DNA of 64,000 bases from Macrostomum lignano. Its lineage: Eukaryota. Positions 46,405-57,940 of the stretch are shown one piece after another; the first letter of the stretch is position 1, and every line of letters starts with the position of its first letter. The position numbers were made by a program, and so were the translations under genes. The notes beneath the pieces were generated by a model. The model was given only the letters and a program-made list of their open reading frames with translations. It had not been told where the DNA came from and did not search any database. The stretch covers positions 186,001 to 250,000 of the forward strand of contig NIVC01000391.1 of the NCBI GenBank assembly GCA_002269645.1, in the 5' to 3' direction.

Positions 46405-49400
46405 CTCAGATCTCTAATCTAGTGAGGACCTCATCCCACTCAGATCTCTAATCTAGTGAGGACCTCATCCCACTCAGATCTCTAATCTAGTGATGACCGC
46501 ATCTCACTCAGATCTCTAATCTAGTGAGGACAGCATCTCACTCAGATCTCTAATCTAGTGAGGACCCATCCCACTCAGATCTCTAATCTAGTGAGAACCC
46601 CATCTCAGTCAGATCTCTAATCTAGTGAGAACCGCATCCCACTCAGATCTCTAATCTAGTGAGAATCTCATCTCACTAATCTAGTGAGGACCCCATCCCA
46701 CTCAGATCTCTAATCTAGTGAGGACCTCATCTCACTCAGATCTCTAATCTAGTGAAGACAGCATCTCACTCAGATCTCTAATCTAGTGAGGACCTCATCC
46801 CACTCAGATCTCTAATCTAGTGAGAATCTCATCTCACTAATCTAGTGAGGACCCCATCCCACTCAGATCTCTAATCTAGTGAGAACCGCATCCCACTCAG
46901 ATCTCTAATCTAGTGAAGACAGCATCTCACTCAGATCTCTAATCTAGTGAGGACCCCATCCCACTCAGATCTCTAATCTAGTGAGGACCTCATCCCACTC
47001 AGATCTCTAATCTAGTGAAGACAGCATCTCACTCAGATCTCTAATCTAGTGAGGACCTCATCTCACTCAGATCTCTAATCTAGTGAGGACTCTATCTCAC
47101 TCAGATTTCTAATATAGTGAGGGCTCTATCTCACTCAGATCTCTAATCTAGTGAGGACTCTATCTCACTCAGATCTCTAATCTAGTGAGGACTCTATCTC
47201 ACTCAGATCTCTAATCTAGTGAGGACTCTATCTCACTCAGATCTCTAATCTAGTGAGGACCTCATATCACTCACATCTCTAATCTAGTGAGGACTCTATC
47301 TCACTCAGATCTCTAATTTAGTGAGGACCTCATATCACTCAGATCTCTAATCTAGTGAGGACCTCATATCACTCAGATCTCTAATCTAGTGAGGACTTCA
47401 AATCACTCTGATCTCTAATCTAGTGAGAACATCATCTTACTCTGATCTCTAATCTAGTGAGGACCTCATCCCACTCAGATCTCTAATCTAGTGAGGACCC
47501 CATCCCACTCAGATCTCTAATCTAGTGAGGACCTCATCCCACTCAGATCTCTAATCTAGTGAGAACATCATCTTACTCTGATCTCTAATCTAGTGAGAAC
47601 ATCATCTTACTCTGATCTCTAATTTAGTGAGGACCTCATATCACTCAGATCTCTAATCTAGTGAGGACCTCATATCACTCAGATCTCTAATCTAGTGAGG
47701 ACCTCATATCACTCAGATCTCTAATCTAGTGAGGACCTCATATCACTCTGATCTCTAATCTAGTGAGAACATCATCTTACTCTGATCTCTAATCTAGTGA
47801 GGACCTCATCCCACTCAGATCTCTAATCTAGTGAGGACCTCATCCCACTCAGATCTCTAATCTAGTGAGAACATCATCTTACTCTGATCTCTAATCTAGT
47901 GAGAACATCATCTTACTCTGATCTCTAATCTAGTGAGGACCTCATCCCACTCAGATCTCTAATCTAGTGAGAACATCATCTTACTCTGATCTCTAATCTA
48001 GTGAGGACCTCATCCCACTCAGATCTCTAATCTAGTGAGAACATCATCTTACTCTGATCTCTAATCTAGTGAGGACCTCATCCCACTCAGATCTCTAATC
48101 TAGTGAGAACATCATCTTACTCTGATCTCTAATCTAGTGAGGACATCATATCACTCTGATCTCTAATCTAGTGAGAACCTCATCTTACTCTGATCTCTAA
48201 TCTAGTGAGGACCTCATATCACTCAGATCTCTAATCTAGTGAGAACATCATCTTACTCTGATCTCTAATCTAGTGAGGACCTTATCCCACTCAGATCTCT
48301 AATCTAGTGAGGACCTCATCCCACTCAGATCTCTAATCTAGTGAGAACATCATCTTACTCTGATCTCTAATCTAGTGAGAACATCATCTTACTCTGATCT
48401 CTAATTTAGTGAGGACCTCATATCACTCAGATCTCTAATCTAGTGAGGACCTCATATCACTCAGATCTCTAATCTAGTGAGGACCTCATATCACTCAGAT
48501 CTCTAATCTAGTGAGGACCTCATATCACTCTGATCTCTAATCTAGTGAGAACATCATCTTACTCTGATCTCTAATCTAGTGAGGACCTCATCCCACTCAG
48601 ATCTCTAATCTAGTGAGGACCTCATCCCACTCAGATCTCTAATCTAGTGAGAACATCATCTTACTCTGATCTCTAATCTAGTGAGAACATCATCTTACTC
48701 TGATCTCTAATCTAGTGAGGACCTCATCCCACTCAGATCTCTAATCTAGTGAGAACATCATCTTACTCTGATCTCTAATCTAGTGAGGACCTCATCCCAC
48801 TCAGATCTCTAATCTAGTGAGAACATCATCTTACTCTGATCTCTAATCTAGTGAGGACCTCATCCTACTCAGATCTCTAATCTAGTGAGAACATCATCTT
48901 ACTCTGATCTCTAATCTAGTGAGGACATCATATCACTCTGATCTCTAATCTAGTGAGAACCTCATCTTACTCTGATCTCTAATCTAGTGAGGACCTCATA
49001 TCACTCAGATCTCTAATCTAGTGAGAACATCATCTTACTCTGATCTCTAATCTAGTGAGGACCTTATCCCACTCAGATCTCTAATCTAGTGAGGACCTCA
49101 TCCCACTCAGATCTCTAATCTAGTGAGAACATCATCTTACTCTGATCTCTAATCTAGTGAGAACATCATCTTACTCTGATCTCTAATTTAGTGAGGACCT
49201 CATATCACTCAGATCTCTAATCTAGTGAGGACCTCATATCACTCAGATCTCTAATCTAGTGAGGACCTCATATCACTCAGATCTCTAATCTAGTGAGGAC
49301 CTCATATCACTCTGATCTCTAATCTAGTGAGAACATCATCTTACTCTGATCTCTAATCTAGTGAGGACCTCATCCCACTCAGATCTCTAATCTAGTGAGG

Positions 49401-49880
49401 ACCTCATCCCACTCAGATCTCTAATCTAGTGAGAACATCATCTTACTCTGATCTCTAATCTAGTGAGAACATCATCTTACTCTGATCTCTAATCTAGTGA
49501 GGACCTCATCCCACTCAGATCTCTAATCTAGTGAGGACCTCATCCCACTCAGATCTCTAATCTAGTGAGGACCCCATCCCACTCAGATCTCTAATCTAGT
49601 GAGAATCCCATCTCACTAATCTAGTGAGGACCCCATCCCACTCAGATATCTAATCTAGTGAGGACCTCATCCCACTCAGATCTCTAATCTAGTGAGGACC
49701 TCATCCCACTCAGATCTCTAATCTAGTGAGGACCCCATCCCACTCAGATCTCTAATCTAGTGAGAATCCCATCTCACTAATCTAGTGAGGACCCCATCCC
49801 ACTCAGATATCTAATCTAGTGAGGACCTCATCCCACTCAGATCTCTAATCTAGTGAGAACCCCATCTCAGTCAGATCTCA
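46405..49880. repeat. 34-bp satellite, ~100 monomers, containing a 782-bp (23-mer) higher-order repeat
   Basis: Rare variants recur at exactly +782 (47621/48403/49185; 48141/48923; 48281/49063). Confidence 0.93.
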
Positions 49881-50388
49881 TTCAGTGATTGCTGGGGCCA
49901 CATCACTCAAGTCGTGTTTAGCTCAAGGTAACGGCTGAAGCAAAATTCCCAAATCCCCAACGCTTATCTCCCAATTGTAAGGCCTGAAACTTCAAAGGCA
50001 GCCGGTGAAAAAAGTGGCAATGCAGCTCGGAGCCCACAGCAGCAGTCAGGGTGACGGGGGGGGGACTCAATTTGTCTTCAACTCAGTTGAGCCCCAGAGT
50101 GCCGGCCAGTGTTTAGATTTTGATTGCAATATCGCCCATGTGGGAGTGAATATTGCATTAAAAAAATCAGCGCGATGCCTCCAAGCCCCAGACTAGCCAT
50201 CACAGCTATGTTCCTATCTTATCGCCTAACAAACACGCCGAACTACGGGCCCGGCGTCGCGGCCTTTGATGTGCTGCTTCGGGGAAACACTTTAGCCAGC
50301 TCTGCCTGACTGCTTTTCTGCGAAATCGGCTCCATCAGTTCTATAGGTGAGTGCAGGATGAGTGGAATGATGTTTTTTCTCTGGCTAT

Positions 50389-50409
50389 TCTCTCTCTCTC
50401 TCTCTCTCT
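50389..50409. repeat. (TC)n dinucleotide microsatellite
   Basis: Read directly. Confidence 0.85.
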
Positions 50410-50821
50410 GAGATTTTTTCTCGCTTTGGACTCTGTAAGATTATTGTACGACGATTTTTTATTTTAAAACAGCAGACACGTACGCGCACCCCCGGTGAAA
50501 ATTGGGGGGGGGTGGGGGCAGAGAGGCGCCCCAGCTGAGGAGCCCACGCCAATTTTATCGGTGGTGACGCGGGCGCTTCCCGATCTCACAGAGGACGCGC
50601 ATCAATCAATCCCAGGACTGATTGAGGAGTGCAGAAAGAGTGAGTTATCAATCGATTTCGCTGTGTCAGCTGCATGGCTTTGATAGATGCGATGGGGACG
50701 TGAGCTGCGCCACCTGCTTTTGAGGGCCTTTTTGAGTTGGAAGTCCATCAGTTATAAAATCATTTATGGGATCTGCATAGGAGAAGCCCTGATTAAGTAC
50801 GTTTTTGTCAGTGAGATTTTC

Positions 50822-51497
50822 TCCAGTGATGTTATCCCCAGTGATGTTATCCCCAGTGAGAGATTATCCTCAGTGAGGTTATCCCCAGTGAGAGATTATC
50901 CCCAGTGATGTTATCCCAGTGAGAGATTATCCTCAGTGAGGTTATCCCCAGTGAGAGATTATCCCCGGTGAGGTTATCCCCAGTGAGAGATTATCCTCAG
51001 TGAGGTTATCCCCAGTGAGAGATTATCCCCGGTGATGTTATCTCAAGTGAGAGATTATCCCCGGTGATGTTATCTCAAGTGAGAGATTATCCTCAGTGAG
51101 GTTATCCCCAGTGAGAGATTATCCCCGATGATGTTATCCCCAGTGAGAGATTATCCCCGGTGATGCTATCTCAAGTGAGAGATTATCCTCAGTGAGGTTA
51201 TCTTCAGGGAGAGATTATCCCCGGTGATGTTATCCCCAGTGAGAGATTATCCCCGGTGATGTTATCCCCAGTGAGAGATTATCCTGAGTGAGGTTATCCC
51301 CAGTGAGATTATCCCCAGTGAGAGATTATCCTCAGTAAGGTTATCCCCAGGGACAGATTATCCCCAGGGACAGATTATCACCAGTGAGATTATCCCCAGG
51401 GACAGATTATCACCAGTGAGATTATCCCCAGGGACAGATTATCACCAGTGAGATTATCCCCAGGGACAGATTATCACCAGTGAGATTATCCCCAGTG
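50822..51497. repeat. Alternating 15/17-bp array (CCCCAGTGATGTTAT / CCCCAGTGAGAGATTAT)
   Basis: Read directly. Confidence 0.88.
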
Positions 51498-52055
51498 ATA
51501 ATAAGTCATTTCCAATTGAGAGTATCACAGATTGGATAAGATTATGACTAGTGAGATTGCTATGATTGCGCCCATAGATGCAATGGAAAGAAAGAATAGA
51601 ATGACTCTCAAGGATGAGATTGTCTCTAGCAAAAAGGAGATTCTCACGTGTTGGATTTGGGAGAATTCGCCCTGCGCACTCGAGAATAGCGGCAGCTTAG
51701 CAACTGCAGTACAGAGTTTAGTGTCTGCATTGAGGTGCACGCGGCCTCAAGCGGCTCTGAGCTTGGACAGCCGGAGGACTGGATTGACAGGCACGTGTCA
51801 GTCAGCGGCGAGTGTGTTGATAAATTGCCCGCGATTGCATTTGAGGGGGTGGGGGCGAGCAGGGAGCGGTTTTTAGGAGAGAAACATTTGTGGCCAGTTT
51901 TGCGGCTGCGCCCCCACCCCAGTTCCCTTTCTCTCCCCTCACTTCCCCTCAAGGCCTCAAGTCCCCACCGTGGCACCCACTTGGAGGCATCAATCCAGCT
52001 GGACTGACAGACGCAGTCTGAGCAGCTCAGTGCTGTAAGAAATTTCACTCTCAGC

Positions 52056-52212
52056 TCAGTCAGTCAGTCAGTCAAATTTTTATTATTTCCAAAACCTTAA
52101 AAAGATCGATTTAGAGTCTGTATTGGCAACCCCTCGGCTGTGCCATGGGTGTTGGCCCCTTGTAGACGTTGGTGAGCATCTCGTGTTAAGACCAAGTTCG
52201 TTTCGATTGCCC
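52056..52212 (-). mobile_element. Possible 3' end of a retroposon with a (TGAC)n tail
   Basis: Minus strand ends ...GAAATAATAAAAATTTGACTGACTGACTGACTGA; no diagnostic protein motif. Confidence 0.25.
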
Positions 52213-52726
52213 GAGGGGGTGACGGTTCTGCAGTGAGGGGGGTGACGGTTCTGCAGTGAGGGGGTGACGGTTCTGCAGTGAGGGGGTGACGGTTCTGCAG
52301 TGAGGGGTGACGGTTCTGCAGTGAGGGGGTGACGGTTCTGCAGTGAGGGGGGTGACGGTTCTGCAGTGAGGGGTGACGGTTCTGCAGTGAGGGGGTGACG
52401 GTTCTGCAGTGAGGGGGTGACGGTTCTGCAGTGAGGGGGCGACGGTTTTGCAGTGAGGGGGTGACGGTTCTGCAGTGAGGGGGTGACGGTTCTGCAGTGA
52501 GGGGGTGACGGTTCTGCAGTGAGGGGGCGACGGTTCTGCAGTGAGGGGGTGACGGTTCTGCAGTGAGGGGGTGACGGTTCTGCAGTGAGGGCGACGGTTC
52601 TGCAGTGAGGGGGTGACGGTTCTGCAGTGAGGGGGCGACGGTTCTGCAGTGAGGGGGCGACGGTTCTGCAGTGAGGGGGCGACGGTTCTGCAGTGAGGGG
52701 GTGACGGTTCTGCAGTGAGGGGGTGA
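52213..52726. repeat. ~22-bp minisatellite (GACGGTTCTGCAGTGAGGGGGT)n, ~23 units
   Basis: The G run varies in length. Confidence 0.93.
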
Positions 52727-53141
52727 TGATTACTAGGCAATTTGTCTTCCACCTTGAGTTGGCTTTATTGACGCCATTGCAGCAACAAATTTTCATGCAG
52801 CTGCTTTGATGCAGGCAAAAACACCTGCGAAATGGCCGCTAAAAGCAGCTAAAGAGACGAGGAATCATTTTTGTTCTGTCTTTGAAGCCTTCCAAATTCC
52901 GCTCGTCATGTCCAAAAAGAATCGTTCTCAGATGGGCTGGCGGCACGGCGCCGCAGCTGCCAAGTCGTCTTTTAAAAGAAAATAACAAAATTGCCGCCGC
53001 CTCGCACCGCCATTTTCTCCATTTCAAAATTTGTTTGCGCATCTTAATTCTTTGCCGTGCTCTTGTCAGGCCACCTGCGGCAAGGGGCAGACTCCAGTCC
53101 TTCAGTGAGACGGAGAACCTCTCACCAAATCCCTTCCCTAC

Positions 53142-55506
53142 AGTGAGCAACCCAGCAGCTCCCTTCCCGATCCTTCAGTGAGCAGCTCCCTTCCCGATCC
53201 TTCAGTGAGCAGCTCCCTTCCCGATCCTTCAGTGAGCATCCCTCACCAGCTCCCTTCCCGATCCTTCAGTGAGCAACCCTCACCAGTTCCCTTCCCGATC
53301 CTTCAGTGAGCAGCCCTCACCAGCTTCCTTCCCGATCCTTCAGTGAGCAGCCCTCACCAGCTTCCTTCCCGATCCTTCAGTGAGCAGCCCTCACCAGCTT
53401 CCTTCCCGATCCTTCAGTGAGCAGCCCTCACCAGCTTCCTTCCCGATCCTTCAGTGAGCATCCCTCACCAGCTCCCTTCCCGAACCTTCAGTGAGCAGCC
53501 CTCACCAGCTTCCTTCCATATCCCTTCAGTTCCAGACAGATATTTCGAATAGAGATCCCACAACCACAGAGGTCTGGGAAGCCGTCTTGCACTCCCCAAG
53601 CACCAATCAATCGCGCTGGGCCTCCTGCCACCTGCCGGCATTGAGGCACTTCCGTCTGCCATTCCAATTTTTCCGTGCTACTAGAGCTCCGCGGTCCCAG
53701 ACCGACCGCATGGCAGCAAGCTAGCGAGCCTTCTTATTCAGTGCCGCAACTTCTAGCTGACATACCTTGGCTATCATCAGGCGCAAGCTGCAGCGCTCCA
53801 AGTATAACCAGCTTTCTAATGTCAGAACTCGAGAAAATTGCAGCTATTGATAATTCTCGCCTGGAATTTCTGGGCCTCTTTTTACCTTGATTGAACGAAG
53901 AGCCGCGTGCGTGTCCTGTCTATCTCTGTCCGACCGCTCTCTCCCTCTCTCCATCGCTCAGGAAGCTGGGCCACACTGTGCAGGCGATTGTTGCAATTTT
54001 ATCGCCGCATCCCCGAAGGAGTGGCTGCGGTAGGCAAGAATCCCTCTGGGGCAGAGGGCAGCTTGGAAACCAAATCCCAGCCAAAGTCAGCAATCTGGGA
54101 CTCTGTGGGTAACCTTTTTGAACTGAAACAACTCTATGGGGTGGTCCGCGGCCAGTCACTGGAGACCCTCAGCATGGCTTGTCGGATCCTGTCTTTTTCG
54201 ACAGTTTTCATTGCCACTGAGGCATTGGGAAGGAAGCTGTTGAGGGAATTGATCACTGAAGGATCGGGAAGGGAGCTGGTGAGGGATGCTCACTGAAGGA
54301 TCGGGAAGGGAGCTGGTGAGGGATGCTCACTGAAGGATCGGGAAGGGAGCTGGTGAGGGATGCTCACTGAAGGATCGGGAAGGGAGCTGGTGAGGGAGTT
54401 GCTCAGTGAAGGATCAAGAAGGGAGCTGGTGAGGGAGTTGCTCAGTGAAGGATCAAGAAGGGAGCTGGTGAGGGAGTTGCTCAGTGAAGGATCAAGAAGG
54501 AAGCTGGTGAGGGATGCTCACTGAAGGATCGGGAAGGGAGCTGGTGAGGGAGTTGCTCAGTGAAGGATCAAGAAGGGAGCTGGTGAGGGAGTTGCTCAGT
54601 GAAGGATCAAGAAGGAAGCTGGTGAGGGATGCTCACTGAAGGATCGGGAAGGGAGCTGGTGAGGGAGTTGCTCAGTGAAGGATCAAGAAGGGAGCTGGTG
54701 AGGGAGTTGCTCAGTGAAGGATCAAGAAGGGAGCTGGTGAGGGAGTTGCTCAGTGAAGGATCAAGAAGGAAGCTGGTGAGGGATGCTCACTGAAGGATCG
54801 GGAAGGGAGCTGGTGAGGGAGTTGCTCAGTGAAGGATCAAGAAGGGAGCTGGTGAGGGAGTTGCTCAGTGAAGGATCAAGAAGGAAGCTGGTGAGGGATG
54901 CTCACTGAAGGATCGGGAAGGGAGCTGGTGAGGGAGTTGCTCAGTGAAGGATCAAGAAGGGAGCTGGTGAGGGAGTTGCTCAGTGAAGGATCAAGAAGGG
55001 AGCTGGTGAGGGAGTTGCTCAGTGAAGGATCAAGAAGGAAGCTGGTGAGGGATGCTCACTGAAGGATCGGGAAGGGAGCTGGTGAGGGAGTTGCTCAGTG
55101 AAGGATCAAGAAGGGAGCTGGTGAGGGAGTTGCTCAGTGAAGGATCAAGAAGGGAGCTGGTGAGGGAGTTGCTCAGTGAAGGATCAAGAAGGAAGCTGGT
55201 GAGGGATGCTCACTGAAGGATCGGGAAGGGAGCTGGTGAGGGAGTTGCTCAGTGAAGGATCAAGAAGGGAGCTGGTGAGGGAGTTGCTCAGTGAAGGATC
55301 AAGAAGGGAGCTGGTGAGGGAGTTGCTCAGTGAAGGATCAAGAAGGAAGCTGTTGAGGGAGCTGCTCACTGAAGGATCGGGAAGGGAGCTGGTGAGGGAT
55401 GCTCACTGAATGATCGGGAAGGGAACTGGTGAGGGTTGCTCACTGAAGGATCGGGAAAGGAGTTGCTCAGTGAAGGATCGGGAAGGGCTGGTGAGGGTTG
55501 CTCACT
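53142..55506. mobile_element. Foldback-like structure: 37-bp array (53142..~53530) and its reverse-complement 37/39-bp array (~54226..55506) flanking a ~700-bp unique loop
   Basis: Left unit CTTCCCGATCCTTCAGTGAGCAGCCCTCACCAGCTTC; right unit ACTGAAGGATCGGGAAGGGAGCTGGTGAGGGATGCTC; both outer ends read AGTGAGCAACCC inward. No TSD or transposase seen. Confidence 0.55.
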
Positions 55507-55929
55507 AAGCTACGAACCTGGCAGTCAGCGTCAATGTAGCACAATGCTGAAGATTTAAGCTATCACAGTCACACAAAGCGTGTATGAGATAATGCTCATG
55601 CAAACGGCTCTAATGCTAAACGCTAACACGCACCCGACAACAAAGATAAGACGGATTTCATTCCAACACCGCAAGCAAATTCCCCTGTTTAAAAGCCAAG
55701 TGGTAAAGTTTTCAATCCTTGCTTTACTCAGCTCGAGACAGTTCTCAAAGTTCCCTGCCAGTTCGTGACAATTTGCCAAATATTTTTGTGCTTGTCAGTT
55801 TTGAAACTTGGACGAGACTCTTTGCCGCTCATTTTTTTGTTGAAGCATTTTGTAGTAGGGTGGGACTCGGTTCGGAATGTAGCTCGTATGTCACTGAGTC
55901 ATCTGCCGGGCCATACAGTCCGACCGCTA

Positions 55930-56450
55930 ACCCCTACTGGTCACTCTGAAGACACCACTACCCCTACTGGTCACTCTGAAGACACCACTACCCCTGTTGG
56001 TCACTCTGAAGACACCACTACCGCTGTTGGTCACTCTGAAGACACCACTACCCCTACTGGTCACTCTGAAGACACCACTGCCCCTACTGGTCACTCTGAA
56101 GACACCACTACCCCTGCTGGTCACTCTGAAGACACCACTACCCCTGCTGGTCACTCTGAAGACACCACTTTACCTCTGCTGGTCACTCTGAAGACATCAC
56201 TACCCCTGCTGGTCACTCTGAAGACACCACTTTACCCCTGCTGGTCACTCTGAAGACATCACTACCCCTGCTGGTCACTCTGAAGACACCACTACCCCTG
56301 CTGGTAACTCTGAAGACGCCATTACCCCTGCTGGTCACTCTGAAGACACCACTACCCCTGCTGGTCACTCTGAAGACAACACTACCCCTGCTGGTCGCTC
56401 TGAGGACACCACTACCCCTCCTGGTCACTCTAAGGACATCCCTTTTAATC
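55930..56450. repeat. 30-bp minisatellite (ACTACCCCTACTGGTCACTCTGAAGACACC)n, degenerate to ~56620
   Basis: Read directly. Confidence 0.9.
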
Positions 56451-56627
56451 ACTTAAAAGACAGCGATATTCCGTCTGGTTACTCTGAGGACACCGCTACT
56501 CTGAAGATACCACAACTCCTTATGGACACTCGGAGGACACCCCTTTTAGTCACTCTAAAGACACCGATATCCCTTTTGGTCACGATAAGAACACCGCAAC
56601 CCTTCTTGTCCCTCTAAAGACATTGCT

Positions 56628-56722
56628 ACACCTTCTTGCTCTTCAAGAACACCTTCTTGCTCTTCAAGAACACCTTCTTGCTCTTCAAGAACACCTTCTT
56701 GCTCTTCAAGAACACCTTCTTG
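56628..56722. repeat. 21-bp repeat (ACACCTTCTTGCTCTTCAAGA)n, ~4.5 units
   Basis: Read directly. Confidence 0.85.
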
Positions 56723-56997
56723 TAGAAGACTATCTTCTGTACGAGAATTCACTTTTCTGTTTTGACTTTTTTCACTGATTATAGCATTAACTTAGCACAA
56801 TACAACCAGTGACCAGCAAGTCCATAGCACTGCACTGCCTTTAAGATAATAAGTGAAGAGTGAGTGGTTTTTATTTTGTTGGTTGACAATTCTAAACACC
56901 CCGCTGCAGAAGCATCAGGAACTTGGAAAGCCCGCCCAGACCAGACAGACAGACAATAAAATTGGTGACAGAAGTCTGATCCTCAGCCCCCCCTATT

Positions 56998-57006
56998 AGC
57001 CAATCA
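56998..57006 (+). promoter_or_regulatory. Possible CCAAT box (AGCCAATCA) upstream of the zinc-finger exon
   Basis: NF-Y-type motif with G-rich boxes nearby (57139-57153); position only. Confidence 0.3.
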
Positions 57007-57384
57007 AATAGGCCTTTCAACCCCCCTCTCTCTGCCACCCCTTCTTTTCTTCCAGTTTAATTGGGGGGTTGCCAAGCCCTATTGGTGAGCGAGTCGCCTC
57101 CAAGGCCTACCCAGCCAGGCTGAAGACCGGCATACAGAGAGGGGGGAGCGGGGCCAACCAACCAAATGCTTTTTAAGCCTCAACAACATCCCAGCTCGTC
57201 TCCAGTCTATTCTACTAATACCACTAGCTTTTACTTACTAAAGCTGCAACCAACTCGCGAGAACGCAACACGCCATCTGACAGCAGAGACAAGATTTATA
57301 AAGGAACGGAAGGCCCAGGACAAGGCACTTTTAATCCGACCGGTCATTCGCAAAACAGCGGGAATAGTAGAGAGAAACTCGGAC

Positions 57385-57822
57385 ATGGGCATCTTCCCGC
57401 AGATCGCCTCTGCACGGGTGCTGGCTCTGGTGTGCCCCCTCTGCCCGTTTGTGACGCACCACATCGACAGGCTGGAGGCGCACTACACCTGGAGACACTC
57501 GCCATCTGCTGGCTGCTGCTTCGCTCTGTACCGCTGCACCGTGTGCGACCGTCTGACCAACTCGGCCGAGTTCGCTGCGGAGCACTGCAGCCTGGCGCAC
57601 CAGGGACTGCCAGGTGGTGCCAGCAGCGTTGCCACCGTGTTTCAAGGCTGGCTGAAGGCTCCGCCTACTCAGCAGAATCTGCTGCAACACCAGCAACAGC
57701 AGCGCACCTGCCTGTTCTGCCCGTACCTGGCCCGCAGCTGGGACGAATACCGGCTGCATATGGAGCACCACGGGCTGAAGAATCTGCTGCTGGGAGGCCT
57801 GGCGGAGCTGCCGCAGCTGCTG
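57385..57822 (+). CDS. Exon encoding three C2H2 zinc fingers (start uncertain: ATG 57166, ATG 57385 or acceptor 57402|57403)
   Basis: CPLC-x12-H-x4-H, CTVC-x12-H-x4-H and CLFC-x12-H-x3-H; phase-0 donor CTG|GTGAGT at 57823. Confidence 0.8.
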
Positions 57823-57940
57823 GTGAGTTGGGCACTCAATGACCTCTGTAGTATAACAGGACGCAGCTGCTCGTGAGTTGGGTACTCAATGACCTCTGTA
57901 CTGTAGCATAACAGGTTTTTAATATATGTAAATCCGGGAG

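Larger units (their letters stand above)
32731..47405. repeat. Second tandem duplication: unit A 32731..40326 (7596 bp), unit B 40327..47405 (7079 bp)
   Basis: Junction ...GACTTCAAATCA|GCTGTCGACGAG at 40326/40327; the same satellite position continues as CTCTGATCTC at 47406; the length difference is mainly 33 x 15-bp and 2 x 12-bp units. Confidence 0.93.

Noticed and set aside
53530-54226. Loop of the foldback structure as a reverse transcriptase remnant (TTEVWEAV, PTAWQQAS, EKI..NSRL)
   Set aside because: The motifs are in RT-like order but too degenerate and in different frames; needs a profile search.
55765-56253. Mucin-like (TTTPxGHSED)n ORF
   Set aside because: 30-bp minisatellite; a frameshift occurs within the array and no signal peptide or splice sites were found.
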